Notes under the pieces: generated by a model
Told to the model about the DNA's origin: nothing
The model's input: only the letters and a program-made list of their open reading frames with translations
Databases searched by the model: none
Position numbers and translations under genes: made by a program
Source of the DNA: an uncultured Alphaproteobacteria bacterium
GTDB lineage: Bacteria; Pseudomonadota; Alphaproteobacteria; Rhizobiales; Beijerinckiaceae
Length of the DNA: 64,000 bases
Direction: 5' to 3'
Assembly (NCBI GenBank): GCA_963768555.1
Contig: CAVYIZ010000062.1
Span: 26,503 to 90,502 of the forward strand
In this document: positions 47,506 to 56,658 of the stretch, one piece after another
Position numbering within the stretch: the stretch's first letter is position 1
How the letters are laid out: every line of letters starts with the position of its first letter

Positions 47506-47977
47506 CTAGCGTTGGCCGCGTTCGCGCAGAAACGCCTCGAAGGCCCGCAGGGTCGCGGGGGAAACATAATGCTCGATGCCCTCGGCGTCGGCCTCCGCCG
47601 CCTCGCGCGGCGCGCCGACGGCGACAAGCAGATCGACGACGAGCCGGTGGCGCTGATGAACGCTTTTCGCCATCGCGGCGCCGGCCTCGGTCAGAAATAT
47701 CCCGCGATAGGGCTGCGCCTTCGCAAGCCCCTCCCGCTTGAGGCGGGCGATCGCCTTGCTGGCGGTGGGGTGGGCGACGCCGAGCCGCCGCGCAATGTCG
47801 GTTGTGCGCGCTTCGCCATTGGCCGCGATCAGATCGGCGATCAATTCGGTGTAGTCCTCGAGCATCGAGGCCGAGCGCGCGGAACGCGCCTTGCTGAAAC
47901 GGTCGGCCTGAACCGGCTCGGTTGCGAGTTCCGCGCCTTCCGACGGCCGAACTCTTCCCGCGATTCCTCGTGACCAC
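47506..47977 (-). CDS. mntR: Manganese-responsive regulator MntR (start uncertain)
   Basis: LEDYTELIADL, DIARRLGVAHPT, PYRGIFLT, RHRLV, DAEGIEH; divergent from mntH. Confidence 0.92.
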
Positions 47978-48028
47978 CCAACCCTCGCCCAGCCCGCCGA
48001 TAACAAATTATCACCGGCGGTTTCATTA

Positions 48029-48132
48029 TGCAGCCTTGGCTGCAAAATGCAACCACGTTTCTCGCTCGATGACCGCATCAGGTCTTCGCGCTGTTTGCAG
48101 CCCGTTGACTATTACGTAGCAATGGGTACATT
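48029..48132. promoter_or_regulatory. Two candidate MntR boxes and the mntH promoter
   Basis: Perfect TGCAGCC-TT-GGCTGCA (48029-48044); related GTAGC-AATG-GGTAC overlapping TTGACT-N16-TACATT (48105-48132). Confidence 0.65.
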
Positions 48133-48168
48133 GTATAGACGAGGCGGCCGGAAGGTTGGAGAACGGCG

Positions 48169-49479
48169 ATGAGTGATGCGGCGGCGCGAACAGGAGTCCT
48201 GACCGAACGGACCATCGAAGGCATTCGCGAGGTGCTGGCCGGCAAGATGCGCTGGCACAGCCCGCTCCTGTTCGCCGGCCCCGCGGTGATCGCCTCGATC
48301 GCCTATATGGATCCCGGCAATTTCGCGACCAACATTCAGGCCGGAGCGAAATACGGCTATTCGCTGCTGTGGGTCGTGCTCATCGCCAATGTCGTCGCCA
48401 TGCTGTATCAGGCGCTGTCGGCCAAGCTCGGCATCGTCACCGGGCGCAATTTGGCCGAATTGTGCCGGGAGCATTTTCCGCAGCCGGTGGTCTGGGCGCT
48501 GTGGATCGTCAGCGAGGTGGCGGCGATGGCGACGGACCTCGCCGAATTCCTCGGCGGCGCCATCGGTCTTTCGCTGTTGCTGCATATACCCCTGATCGCC
48601 GGCATGGGCGTCACGGCCGTCCTGACGTACGGCCTCCTGATGTTCGAAGGGCGGGGGTTTCGCCCGATCGAGCTGATCATCGGCTCCCTCGTAGCCGCAA
48701 TCGCCCTTTGCTATCTCGCCGAAATGTTCATCGCGCCGATCGATTGGGGCGCGGCGGGGATCGGCAGCGTGGTTCCGAGGTTGCCGGACGCCGGCGCATT
48801 GACGATCGCCGTCGGCATCGTCGGCGCGACGATCATGCCGCATGCGATCTTCCTGCATTCCGGCCTCACCCAGAACCGGGCGCCGGCTCGCAACGACGAC
48901 GAAAGGCGCCAGCTGCTGCGTTTCTCCAACATCGAGGTCATGATCGCCCTTGCGGTCGCCGGTCTCGTCAATATGGCGATGGTGGTGATGGCGTCGAGCG
49001 CATTCCACCAAGGCCACAGCGACGTCGCGGAGATCGAGACCGCCTATTCGACGCTGACGCCTCTGCTCGGCTCGGCCGCCGCGGGCGCCTTCCTGACGGC
49101 GCTGCTGGCGTCCGGCCTGTCGAGTTCGGCGGTCGGCACGATGGCCGGCCAGATGATCATGCAGGGCTTTGTCGGCTTCAAGATACCGATCATCGTCCGC
49201 CGTCTGGTCACGATGATTCCCGCCTTCGTCGTCGTCTGGCTCGGCGTGAATTCGACCAACGCGCTGGTCATCAGCCAGGTCGTGCTAAGCATCGCCTTGC
49301 CCGCGCCGGTCATCGCCCTTCTCATATTCACGCGCCGCAAGGACATCATGGGCGATTTCGCCAACAGCGGCCTGGTGAATGTCGCCGCGGTCGTCGGAGC
49401 CCTGCTGATCCTCACGCTGAACGCCATCCTGCTGCTGCAGACTTTTGGCGTGAACATTCCGGGGCTGCCGAGCAGTTAA
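48169..49479 (+). CDS. mntH: Nramp Mn2+ transporter MntH
   Basis: IAYMDPGN, GATIMPHAIFLH, GTMAGQMIMQGF, SQVVLS. Confidence 0.97.
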   Translation: MSDAAARTGVLTERTIEGIREVLAGKMRWHSPLLFAGPAVIASIAYMDPGNFATNIQAGAKYGYSLLWVVLIANVVAMLYQALSAKLGIVTGRNLAELCREHFPQPVVWALWIVSEVAAMATDLAEFLGGAIGLSLLLHIPLIAGMGVTAVLTYGLLMFEGRGFRPIELIIGSLVAAIALCYLAEMFIAPIDWGAAGIGSVVPRLPDAGALTIAVGIVGATIMPHAIFLHSGLTQNRAPARNDDERRQLLRFSNIEVMIALAVAGLVNMAMVVMASSAFHQGHSDVAEIETAYSTLTPLLGSAAAGAFLTALLASGLSSSAVGTMAGQMIMQGFVGFKIPIIVRRLVTMIPAFVVVWLGVNSTNALVISQVVLSIALPAPVIALLIFTRRKDIMGDFANSGLVNVAAVVGALLILTLNAILLLQTFGVNIPGLPSS

Positions 49480-49491
49480 GAGCGCGCTTCC

Positions 49492-49712
49492 GTGCAGAAT
49501 TTAAGCAGACCGTGCGAAAACTCGATGTCTGGCTCGTACAGTCGCCCAGAGAGCAATTTTTCGTGATTTTTTCTGTTCTGCGCGGCTACAGGCCTCGAAA
49601 TTCGAGCGGCGCTCAAGTGGTTGTCCACTTTTCGCACGGTCTGCAAGAATTACGCACAAAACCCCCGTTGACGGGCAAGGCGTTTTTTTGTGCAGAAATG
49701 ACGTGCAGAAGT
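49492..49712. repeat. 16-bp inverted repeat plus GTGCAGAA repeats (candidate res site or island end)
   Basis: GCAGACCGTGCGAAAA (49505-49520) / TTTTCGCACGGTCTGC (49629-49644); GTGCAGAA at 49492, 49690 and 49703. Confidence 0.55.
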
Positions 49713-49762
49713 CGCCCGCGTATTCCCTGTCCCGACCAGGGCGATTTGTGGTATAAAGACTC

Positions 49763-50026
49763 ATGCCGATCACCCTCACACCCGAACAAGAAACCTGGCT
49801 TAAAGCCCACGTTGCGACCGGCGAGTTTGCCTCGGTCGAGGAAGCCGCGCGCCAGCTCATAGACGACCGCATTGCCGAGATCGCGGACGCCGAAGACGAC
49901 GACGATATGGAGTGGGCAAAGCCTTTGGTTGACGAGGCGCGCGCCGCGATAGCGCGCGGCGAGACGATCACGCTTGAGGAGCACAGGGCGCGCAACGCGG
50001 AGCGGCTGGCGGCGCTGCGAAGATAG
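49763..50026 (+). CDS. ParD-like antitoxin
   Basis: ITLTPEQETWLKAHVATGEFASVEEA; acidic C-terminus; coupled to the toxin. Confidence 0.8.
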   Translation: MPITLTPEQETWLKAHVATGEFASVEEAARQLIDDRIAEIADAEDDDDMEWAKPLVDEARAAIARGETITLEEHRARNAERLAALRR

Positions 50027-50346
50027 TGGCGCGAGTTGTCATCACGTCGTTCGCGGACGCCGACACCGCCAAGGTCATCAACGATCTGAACAAACAGGCG
50101 GGCGCGGACGTCGCCGACCGCTACGATGCGGATTTCGACAATCTCTATCAACGCTTGGCGCAGTTTCCCGACAGCGGCTCGCCCCGCCCCAAGCTCGGCG
50201 CGTATGTCCGCATTTCCGTCGTGTCGCCTTACGTCGTCATCTACGAACACGTTGAAGACGACGACGTTGTAATGATTATGCGCATCGTCCACGGACGCCG
50301 CAAAATCACCCGCCGCCTGCTCCGGCGATCATCATCAAGCCCATGA
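50026..50346 (+). CDS. ParE/RelE-family toxin
   Basis: ADADTA, LAQFPDSGSPRP, PYVVIYE, IMRIVHGRR. Confidence 0.88.
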   Translation: MARVVITSFADADTAKVINDLNKQAGADVADRYDADFDNLYQRLAQFPDSGSPRPKLGAYVRISVVSPYVVIYEHVEDDDVVMIMRIVHGRRKITRRLLRRSSSSP

Positions 50347-50930
50347 TCTACGACTACGGGCGCGTCTCGACGGACGGCCAGAGCGTCGCGGCGCAGGTCA
50401 AGGAATTGCGCGACGCCGGAGCCGAGAAGATTTTTCGCGAGACGGCCAGCGGAGCCAAGAGCGGCCGCGCGCAGCTTCGCCGCGCGCTCGACCAGCTTGC
50501 CGCCGACGACGTGCTTTTAGTCACGCGCCTCGACCGGCTCGTCCGATCGACGCGCGACCTGCTCAACATCCTTGCGGCGATCGCCGCCAAGGGCGCGCTC
50601 TTCCGTTCCCTTCACGATACCTGGGCCGACACCACCACGGCGCACGGGCGCTTGATGTTGACCGTGCTCGGCGGGCTTGCCGAGTTCGAGCGCGAGTTGA
50701 TCCGCGCCCGCACCGGCGAAGGCCGCGAACGCGCCAAGGCGCGCGGACAGAGTTTGGGGCGACCGTTCAAGCTCACCCCGCACCAGAAGGCCGAGGCCAT
50801 CAAGCGACGCGACGCGGGCGAGGAAACGCTTGTGGAGATCGGGCGCAGCTACAACGTCAGCGCGGCGACGATTTCGAGGCTCAGGGCGCAGGAGCCTATA
50901 AATCTGCTGAGCGCCGACAAGGGGCAGTAA
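50343..50930 (+). CDS. Serine recombinase (resolvase/invertase)
   Basis: YGRVSTDGQ, TRLDRLVRS, LAEFERELIRART, GRP, C-terminal HTH. Confidence 0.93.
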   Translation: MIYDYGRVSTDGQSVAAQVKELRDAGAEKIFRETASGAKSGRAQLRRALDQLAADDVLLVTRLDRLVRSTRDLLNILAAIAAKGALFRSLHDTWADTTTAHGRLMLTVLGGLAEFERELIRARTGEGRERAKARGQSLGRPFKLTPHQKAEAIKRRDAGEETLVEIGRSYNVSAATISRLRAQEPINLLSADKGQ

Positions 50931-50933
50931 CAC

Positions 50934-52726
50934 GTGACAACCACGCACGAGGTGACCGACGAAAAGCTCCGGAGCTTCGCCAAGGTTATCGGGCTCGACC
51001 GGATCGCTGACCGCTGCTCAAAGGTCTTCCTGTCTCAGCTATACGGTTGCACGTTCGGCACTAATATCCTCGGCGACACAGCGCAAATCGTGGCTGAGGT
51101 GGAGAGCCTAGAAGGTGTTGGCCGCCGCCCTACGAGAACCAAGCCGGCAGAAGCGTTCAAGAAGCCGCCCTTGTTGGGATTGAAAAAGAAGCATTATCCA
51201 ACTGGCGGGGTGTCCTCTATGGGTCGCAATATCATTCTCGCAGCAGGTAAAAAGAAGGGCGGTGTCTTCCACCCCTCACGAATCCCCTCATTCTTGATCG
51301 ACTCGAAATTGCCTGGATTGGCGAGTTAGCCCGTGGCCGGTTCACGAATCAGCCGGGCGGGGGCTCATGCGCAGGTCGATCGAGCGGGTGGGATTGGTTC
51401 ATGAGTTTGTAGAGCGCACGTTTTCGGGGAGCTTGCACGCCAAGCGCATTCTTTCGCTGGCCAATGGGACGCTGGGGGTTCTGACGGGGGCGTCGTTGGC
51501 CGTTTCGCTCATCGGGCATGCGCTGGCGCAAGCGCGCGGTCTTTCGGACAGACACGCGATCAAACAGGTCGATCGTCTGCTGAGCAACGCCGGGGTCGTC
51601 GTCTGGGACCTGTTCGCGCCGTGGGTTCGCGAGGTCGTGGGCCAGCGCAAGGCGATCGTCGTGGCGATGGACTGGACCGATTTCGACGCCGACAATCAGG
51701 CGACGCTGGCTTTGAGCCTGATCACGCGTCACGGCCGGGCGACGCCGCTCCTGTGGCTGACGGTCGACAAGGACGAACTGAAGGACCAGCGCAACGACTT
51801 CGAGGACCTCTGCCTGACGCATTTGAAGGCGATCCTGCCCGAGGGCGTGGCGGTGACGATCCTGGCCGATCGCGGCTTCGGCGACGTCAAACTGTTCGAA
51901 TTCCTCGACAGCCTCGGCTTCGGCTACGTCATCCGCTTTCGCGGCAACGTTCATCTGACCGCGGCGGACGGTGAGACGCGCCTGGCCGCCGACTGGGTCG
52001 GCAAGAAAGGGCGCGCCTGCCTTCTGCGCGGCGCCGAACTCACCGCCGCCCGCCACAAGGTCGGCGCGGCGGTCTGCGTCCACGCCAAGGGGATGAAGGA
52101 GGCTTGGCATCTGGCCGCCAGCGATGCGACCGCGAGCGCCTCCCAGATCGTCAACCTCTACGCCAAACGGTGGACGATCGAGCCGGGGTTCCGCGACACC
52201 AAGGATTTGCGGTTCGGCATGGGCCTGAGCGTCCTGCGCATCGGCGATCCGCAACGGCGCGACCGTCTGCTGCTGCTCAACGCCTTGGCGATCCTCCTGC
52301 TGACCCTGCTCGGCGCCGCCGGCGAAAGCCTCGGCATGGACCGATCGCTCAGAACCAGCACGGTCAAACGCCGCGTCCATTCGCTGTTCCGCCAGGGCTG
52401 CCTGCTCTACGACCTCATCCCCACCATGCCCGAGAAGAGATTGCGGCCGCTCCTCGTCAAATACGAGGAATTCATAAATGAAAACAGGGTCTTCAACGAA
52501 ACCTTCGGGTTCGCGTAAATGAGGGGATGCGTGAGCTTCCACCCGGGTTTCCATGAGGTCGTTACAATACTATGATCCGAAAACAGCTAACTTATCTTCT
52601 GCAGCGGAAGCTAATGAAATCGCGAAGAATATCGCTCACGGAGTTACGGGATTGTATCTCGATAGGTCTAACAGGCAGCGATTAACCGGTAATTGGATTA
52701 TATTCGCTGAGCACGATGGAAAGAAC
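50934..52726 (+). pseudogene. Lower-GC hypothetical gene interrupted by IS4 and truncated by IS1595
   Basis: ORF 50934 runs into the IS4 TSD (VFHP); coding resumes after 52544 (YYDPKT..RLTGNWIIFAEHDGKN) and ends at the IS1595 TIR. Confidence 0.7.
51275..52535 (+). mobile_element. IS4-family IS with intact transposase 51367..52518
   Basis: TIR CTCACG(A/C)ATCCCCTCATT; 9-bp TSD CTTCCACCC; AMDWT, LADRGF, YAKRWTIEPGFRDTK (YREK). Confidence 0.95.
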
Positions 52727-53894
52727 CGTGCCTATCCGGTTAACGCCCACACCTACTATATCTTGAGTTGGCCGACGCGCGGCGCTATCCGGTTGACACC
52801 CACAGATAGGCGAATTAGATCGTGGGCGTAAAACGGATACAGGTCGCTGAGGTCGCTGACCATGGACGTTCTCGCCCGCGCCAATCTGCCATTCCCGGAA
52901 TCGCTCCCCAAGTTCCAGGGGCTTTTTCCTGATGATGCGGCCTGTGCCTCCTACCTGGAAAAGTCCCGTTGGAGCGAGGGGTTCGTCTGCCCTCACTGCG
53001 GGTCTGTTGGGGAACCGTTCCGCTTTGAAAATCGTCCCGGCGTTTTGCGATGCCGCCATTGCCGTCGCAACACGGGATTGACCGTGGGAACCGTGATGGA
53101 GCGCAGCCATACGCCGCTGAGCGTTTGGTTCTGGGCGGCTTATCTGGTTGCCAGCCAGACGCAGGGCATGTCGGCGGTGCAGTTTCAGCGGCAGCTTGGG
53201 CTGACGCGATATGAGACCGCCTTCGGCATTCTGCACAAGCTCCGCGCGGGCATGGTGCGACCCGATCAGGACCGGATTGGCGGCAGGGCCGGAGAGCATG
53301 TTGAGGTGGACGAAGCCTATGTTGGAGGCCGGACTTGTGGCGAAGGCCGTGGCGTCCACCACAAGACGCTGGTGACGGCTGCCGTCGAGGTCCGCCACCG
53401 GGAGCCGGGCACTGCGCAGGACAAGCGGAAGGATGGTCGCTATGCCGGTCGCGTCCGGCTGTCCATCGCTGACGACCGCAGCGCCGAATCGCTGGCCAGA
53501 TTTGTCGAGAGTGCCGTCATGCCGGGGACGCTGGTCATCACCGACGACTGGAGCGGCTATGCCAGCCTGCGCAAGCGGGGCTACGACCACCACGCGATTG
53601 CCGAATGCGGCGACCCGGAGGTGGCCGAGGAGTTCCTGCCGATCTGCCATCTCGTCTTCTCGAATTTGAAGACGTGGCTGAACGGCATCCACCACGGCGT
53701 CAGCGCCAAGCATCTGCAAGCCTACCTCAACGAGTTCACTTTCCGGTTCAACCGCCGCTTCTACCCGTTCAACGCCTTCCGCTCTCTGCTCGGTGTCGCG
53801 GGTGGCGTCGAGTTACCAACCTTTGCAGAACTCTATTCGGGCGATTGGATGCATCCTACATGTAGTGGGTATGGGCGTTAACCGGATAGGCACG
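52727..53894 (+). mobile_element. IS1595-family element type 1, copy B (intact transposase 52862..53881)
   Basis: TIR CGTGCCTATCCGGTTAACGCCCA; FVCPHC zinc ribbon, VEVDE, TDDW, YLNEF; flanks differ (no TSD). Confidence 0.95.
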
Positions 53895-54182
53895 CTCCCT
53901 CCATCCACGTCTGTCATCGTGTACTCAGCGCCTAATTCCTGAATACCCCCGCGAACAGATACCTTGTGACCTATCAGTTGTCTCCAATCAAGAAGATAAA
54001 CATCATTGACACTCATATGCTCGTATTCTTCTAGATTATTTTCAACCTAGAAACGGCAGTTGCAAACCCATAAAGTGGTATAACCTGCTGAATTCTTTGG
54101 TTTTTCCGACAAAAATCTCAAACGCGGAGTAGTTGACGACGGTTCAGCAATTTCAATAGCTTACGCGCGAACTGCCGTTTCT

Positions 54183-54409
54183 CTCAGCCATCCCCTCATT
54201 TTTTCGAGGGCCAAAATGCAACTGGAGGTTGGCATTTTGATGCGGCGAGTTTCGTATGACGAGTCCTGAAGTGCGAGTTCGGGTCTCGCAATCGTCGAGA
54301 GAGAGGTCGCGCCACGACAAATGCGGGGCCTTAGGGCTCCCCATTCGCTGTACGTGAGGGCCGAAAAGCGCCGAAATCAGGCCGTTCTCGAAATGAGGGG
54401 ATTCCTGAG
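54183..54409. mobile_element. ~227-bp MITE-like element with IS4-type TIRs
   Basis: CTCAGCCATCCCCTCATTT..AAATGAGGGGATTCCTGAG; shares ATCCCCTCATT with the TIR at 51275; no transposase. Confidence 0.7.
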
Positions 54410-54672
54410 GTCTCTGCCCAGCGTCCACCCGCGCCTTTTTGTTTATCACCAACTCTGCCGACAAGCAGCACGCCGAGCTGGGGCGAGGCGCGCTTAAGCC
54501 TTCATCAACCATAGCGGCGCATACCCCGGCCGCTGCGACGCTAGATTGACCGGCCGCCTGCGCAAAATCCGCCCGCCGCGAAAGCGCCAGCGGGAGGAAG
54601 GCCGGAAACGATGACGGTAGTTGCGCGTTGGCCTCGCTCCAGTCGTAGATACACTTGCGACTGGTTCGTCAA

Positions 54673-55213
54673 CTACGCCTCGCCGCCATTGCGGCCGCCA
54701 TGTTGATAATCGTCTTTCATTGAAGGGAGGTTAGCCTGCGCACCCTTCAACAACGCGTCGTCTGCGTTTGAGGCATTGACATTTGCGATTACTGTAAATC
54801 CCCTTCTTATTAGCGCAATGCGCGTTTGGTAGCTGGCTATTTTTCCAATAGAGAGCGCGAACGCTATCCATAACAGCCCCGCCGGTGGTACATAGTAGCA
54901 AATGATATTCGCAACGATTGTGACGAAGAGTACCCTCCAACCAAAATCAGGAGCTCGTTTCACGAAAGCCCATAGCCATCCCAAGCGGCGCGCTTACCCG
55001 TGTCGGGTCTATGTTGTTGGGCCTGAACCGGGTGACGATTTCGACAAATCGGTGGCGGTCAGTCCCCCGGTCGCGAAGCCAGAGAAAGGACGACATCGCG
55101 CTTATCGTCGCACAAAGGATGATCGCAGCATCAGCATGGCTGCGTCCCAGAGCCCCCTTCCCGAGGGCCTGAGCTAAGTCAGTTTTCTGTTGCACCCAAG
55201 TCCGATAGTCCAT
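54673..55213 (-). pseudogene. Low-GC hypothetical gene fragments (soluble N-terminal fragment joined to a DUF2628-like membrane fragment)
   Basis: ORFs 55213..54947 and 54984..54673; GWLWAFVKR..LIRRGF..ASNADDAL. Confidence 0.45.
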
Positions 55214-55228
55214 CTTGGGATGTCTCTT

Positions 55229-55845
55229 CTATAACCTCGAAATCGTCGCTAGGCCGACATTGTAGCCGTCGGCAAGCTCCTTGAGCGTAGCACCTTCCGC
55301 CCGCCGCCGCCGTGCTTCTTTCTGCTGCGCCGGATTTAGCTTCGGGGGCCGTCCCATATGCTGGCCCCGCGCCTTCGCCCGGCTGCGCCCCTCCGCCGTG
55401 CGTGTGCGGAGTAAGTATCCCCCGGCAAAGCCGGGGGCTTTAGAGTTGGGGGCCCCTCAAAGGGGCCCAATTCCCAACCTAACCTTTGACAACCCGCGAA
55501 TACAGGCTTGCTTCGGGACACTTGATCACGCTGTAGGAATTGCTTCACCATTGGTGACGAGCTCGCCCTTGCGCAGAATCAACGGGCGCGCTTCCAAGGG
55601 TTCGCGTTCTTAATGACAGCGAATAGCGGGCGCGCGTACCGCAGGATATGTCAAACTTCTACTGCCTCCCCGGCAAAGCCGGGGGATCTCCCATGATATT
55701 AGATCGCGCTCCACGTCCGCCAGCCCGCCATGAACGGCAATCATCAACCGCCCGGTGCTGGTGCCAGTAGTATCGGCCCACGGTTCCGCCAGTGACCGGA
55801 ATTGCGCGCCCGCGTCCACGATCTGCTTGACGATGGCGAACCCCA
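55229..55845 (-). pseudogene. Serine resolvase, 5'-truncated and interrupted by an IS200-type miniature element
   Basis: FRSLAEPWADT..GRLMIAV..LADVERDLI | RTRTAEGR..GRPPKL..TISRL*. Confidence 0.85.
55411..55698 (-). mobile_element. Non-autonomous IS200/IS605-type element (288 bp)
   Basis: Hairpin CCCCGGCAAAGCCGGGG near both ends; no TSD; precise removal restores the resolvase frame; no tnpA ORF. Confidence 0.8.
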
Positions 55846-55927
55846 TCAAATAGCCTGAAATCATAAGCTTTTTAGGCAGATGTAAATTTTGCCATCAGAC
55901 GGATTTGCCGAACGCAAGAGACGGGCT

Positions 55928-56195
55928 ATGCGAAATTCCCGGATTGCGTTGCTGATGCTTCTTGCGGGTTTGGGGGCTTCCTCTCAGGCCGTTGCCCTCT
56001 CGACTTGCACCTGGAATGAGGTATGGGCAAGTTTTTCCGAATTGAACGCCGATACTCCCCTCGGCACGAACAACGTCAGCTACGTGAATGACTATCAGGC
56101 CCAAGTCGTTCGAGCCGGCTCCTTAATTCAGGCGGCGCAAATGCGCAATAATCTTCAAGCCGCCTGTGATGCCGTGATCCAGTTGGAAGGTAACC
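55928..56195 (+). pseudogene. Secreted hypothetical protein truncated by an IS end
   Basis: Signal peptide MRNSRIALLMLLAGLGASSQAVA; runs into the IS4-type TIR at 56196. Confidence 0.6.
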
Positions 56196-56238
56196 CTCAG
56201 GAATCCCCTCATTTCGAGAACGGCCTGATTTCGGCGCT
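56196..56238 (+). mobile_element. Isolated IS4-type end, identical (inverted) to 54367-54409
   Basis: CTCAGGAATCCCCTCATTTCGAGAACGGCCTGATTTCGGCGCT occurs twice. Confidence 0.8.
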
Positions 56239-56240
56239 GG

Positions 56241-56658
56241 TGGGTATCCATTTAACCGGACTGGACGATTTGTCTCCAAGGGCGGTTCGGCGAAGGTCGC
56301 TCCAAGCTGGGCGGATGTCCGCGTTGTCTCGGCGGCTTGGGAGGAACAGCCTTTGGGCTCTGGCTCATAACAAGGTCTTGGTAACGAACCGGTCCATGCG
56401 CGACAGCAAGCTCCAGGACCCGGTAGAACAGCATCCCTCTGCTACGTGAGCGGCGGCGATTGAAGCGGAACGCGAACTCATCCAGGTAACTGGGCAAGTG
56501 TGCGGAATTCCACCGCTCCCTGGTGGGTGCCCAGCAGCCATCGTTTGGCAAGGGACGCTATTCGATGCACGCCTGGCAGAAGTTCTCCGGGGTCCTCGCC
56601 TCGCGTTGATGCGGCCCGCTGGCTACGGCGGTCATGAATATACCCATGCTTCTCCAAC
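56241..56658 (-). mobile_element. IS1595 type 2, copy B (3' part only)
   Basis: TIR GGGTATCCATTTAACCGGACT; matches ~23258-23665; cut by the IS3 end. Confidence 0.9.

Noticed and set aside
14194-53894. Composite transposon bounded by the two inverted IS1595 type 1 copies
   Set aside because: Copy A has its own TSD and the outer flanks (GAATAAAC vs CTCCCTCC) do not match
54153-54512. Two ORFs sharing the peptide PQESPHFENGLISAL as a protein repeat
   Set aside because: It is read-through of a duplicated IS-type end, not a protein domain
55411-55698. TnpB/IscB (OMEGA) system
   Set aside because: No RuvC-like ORF within or next to the element
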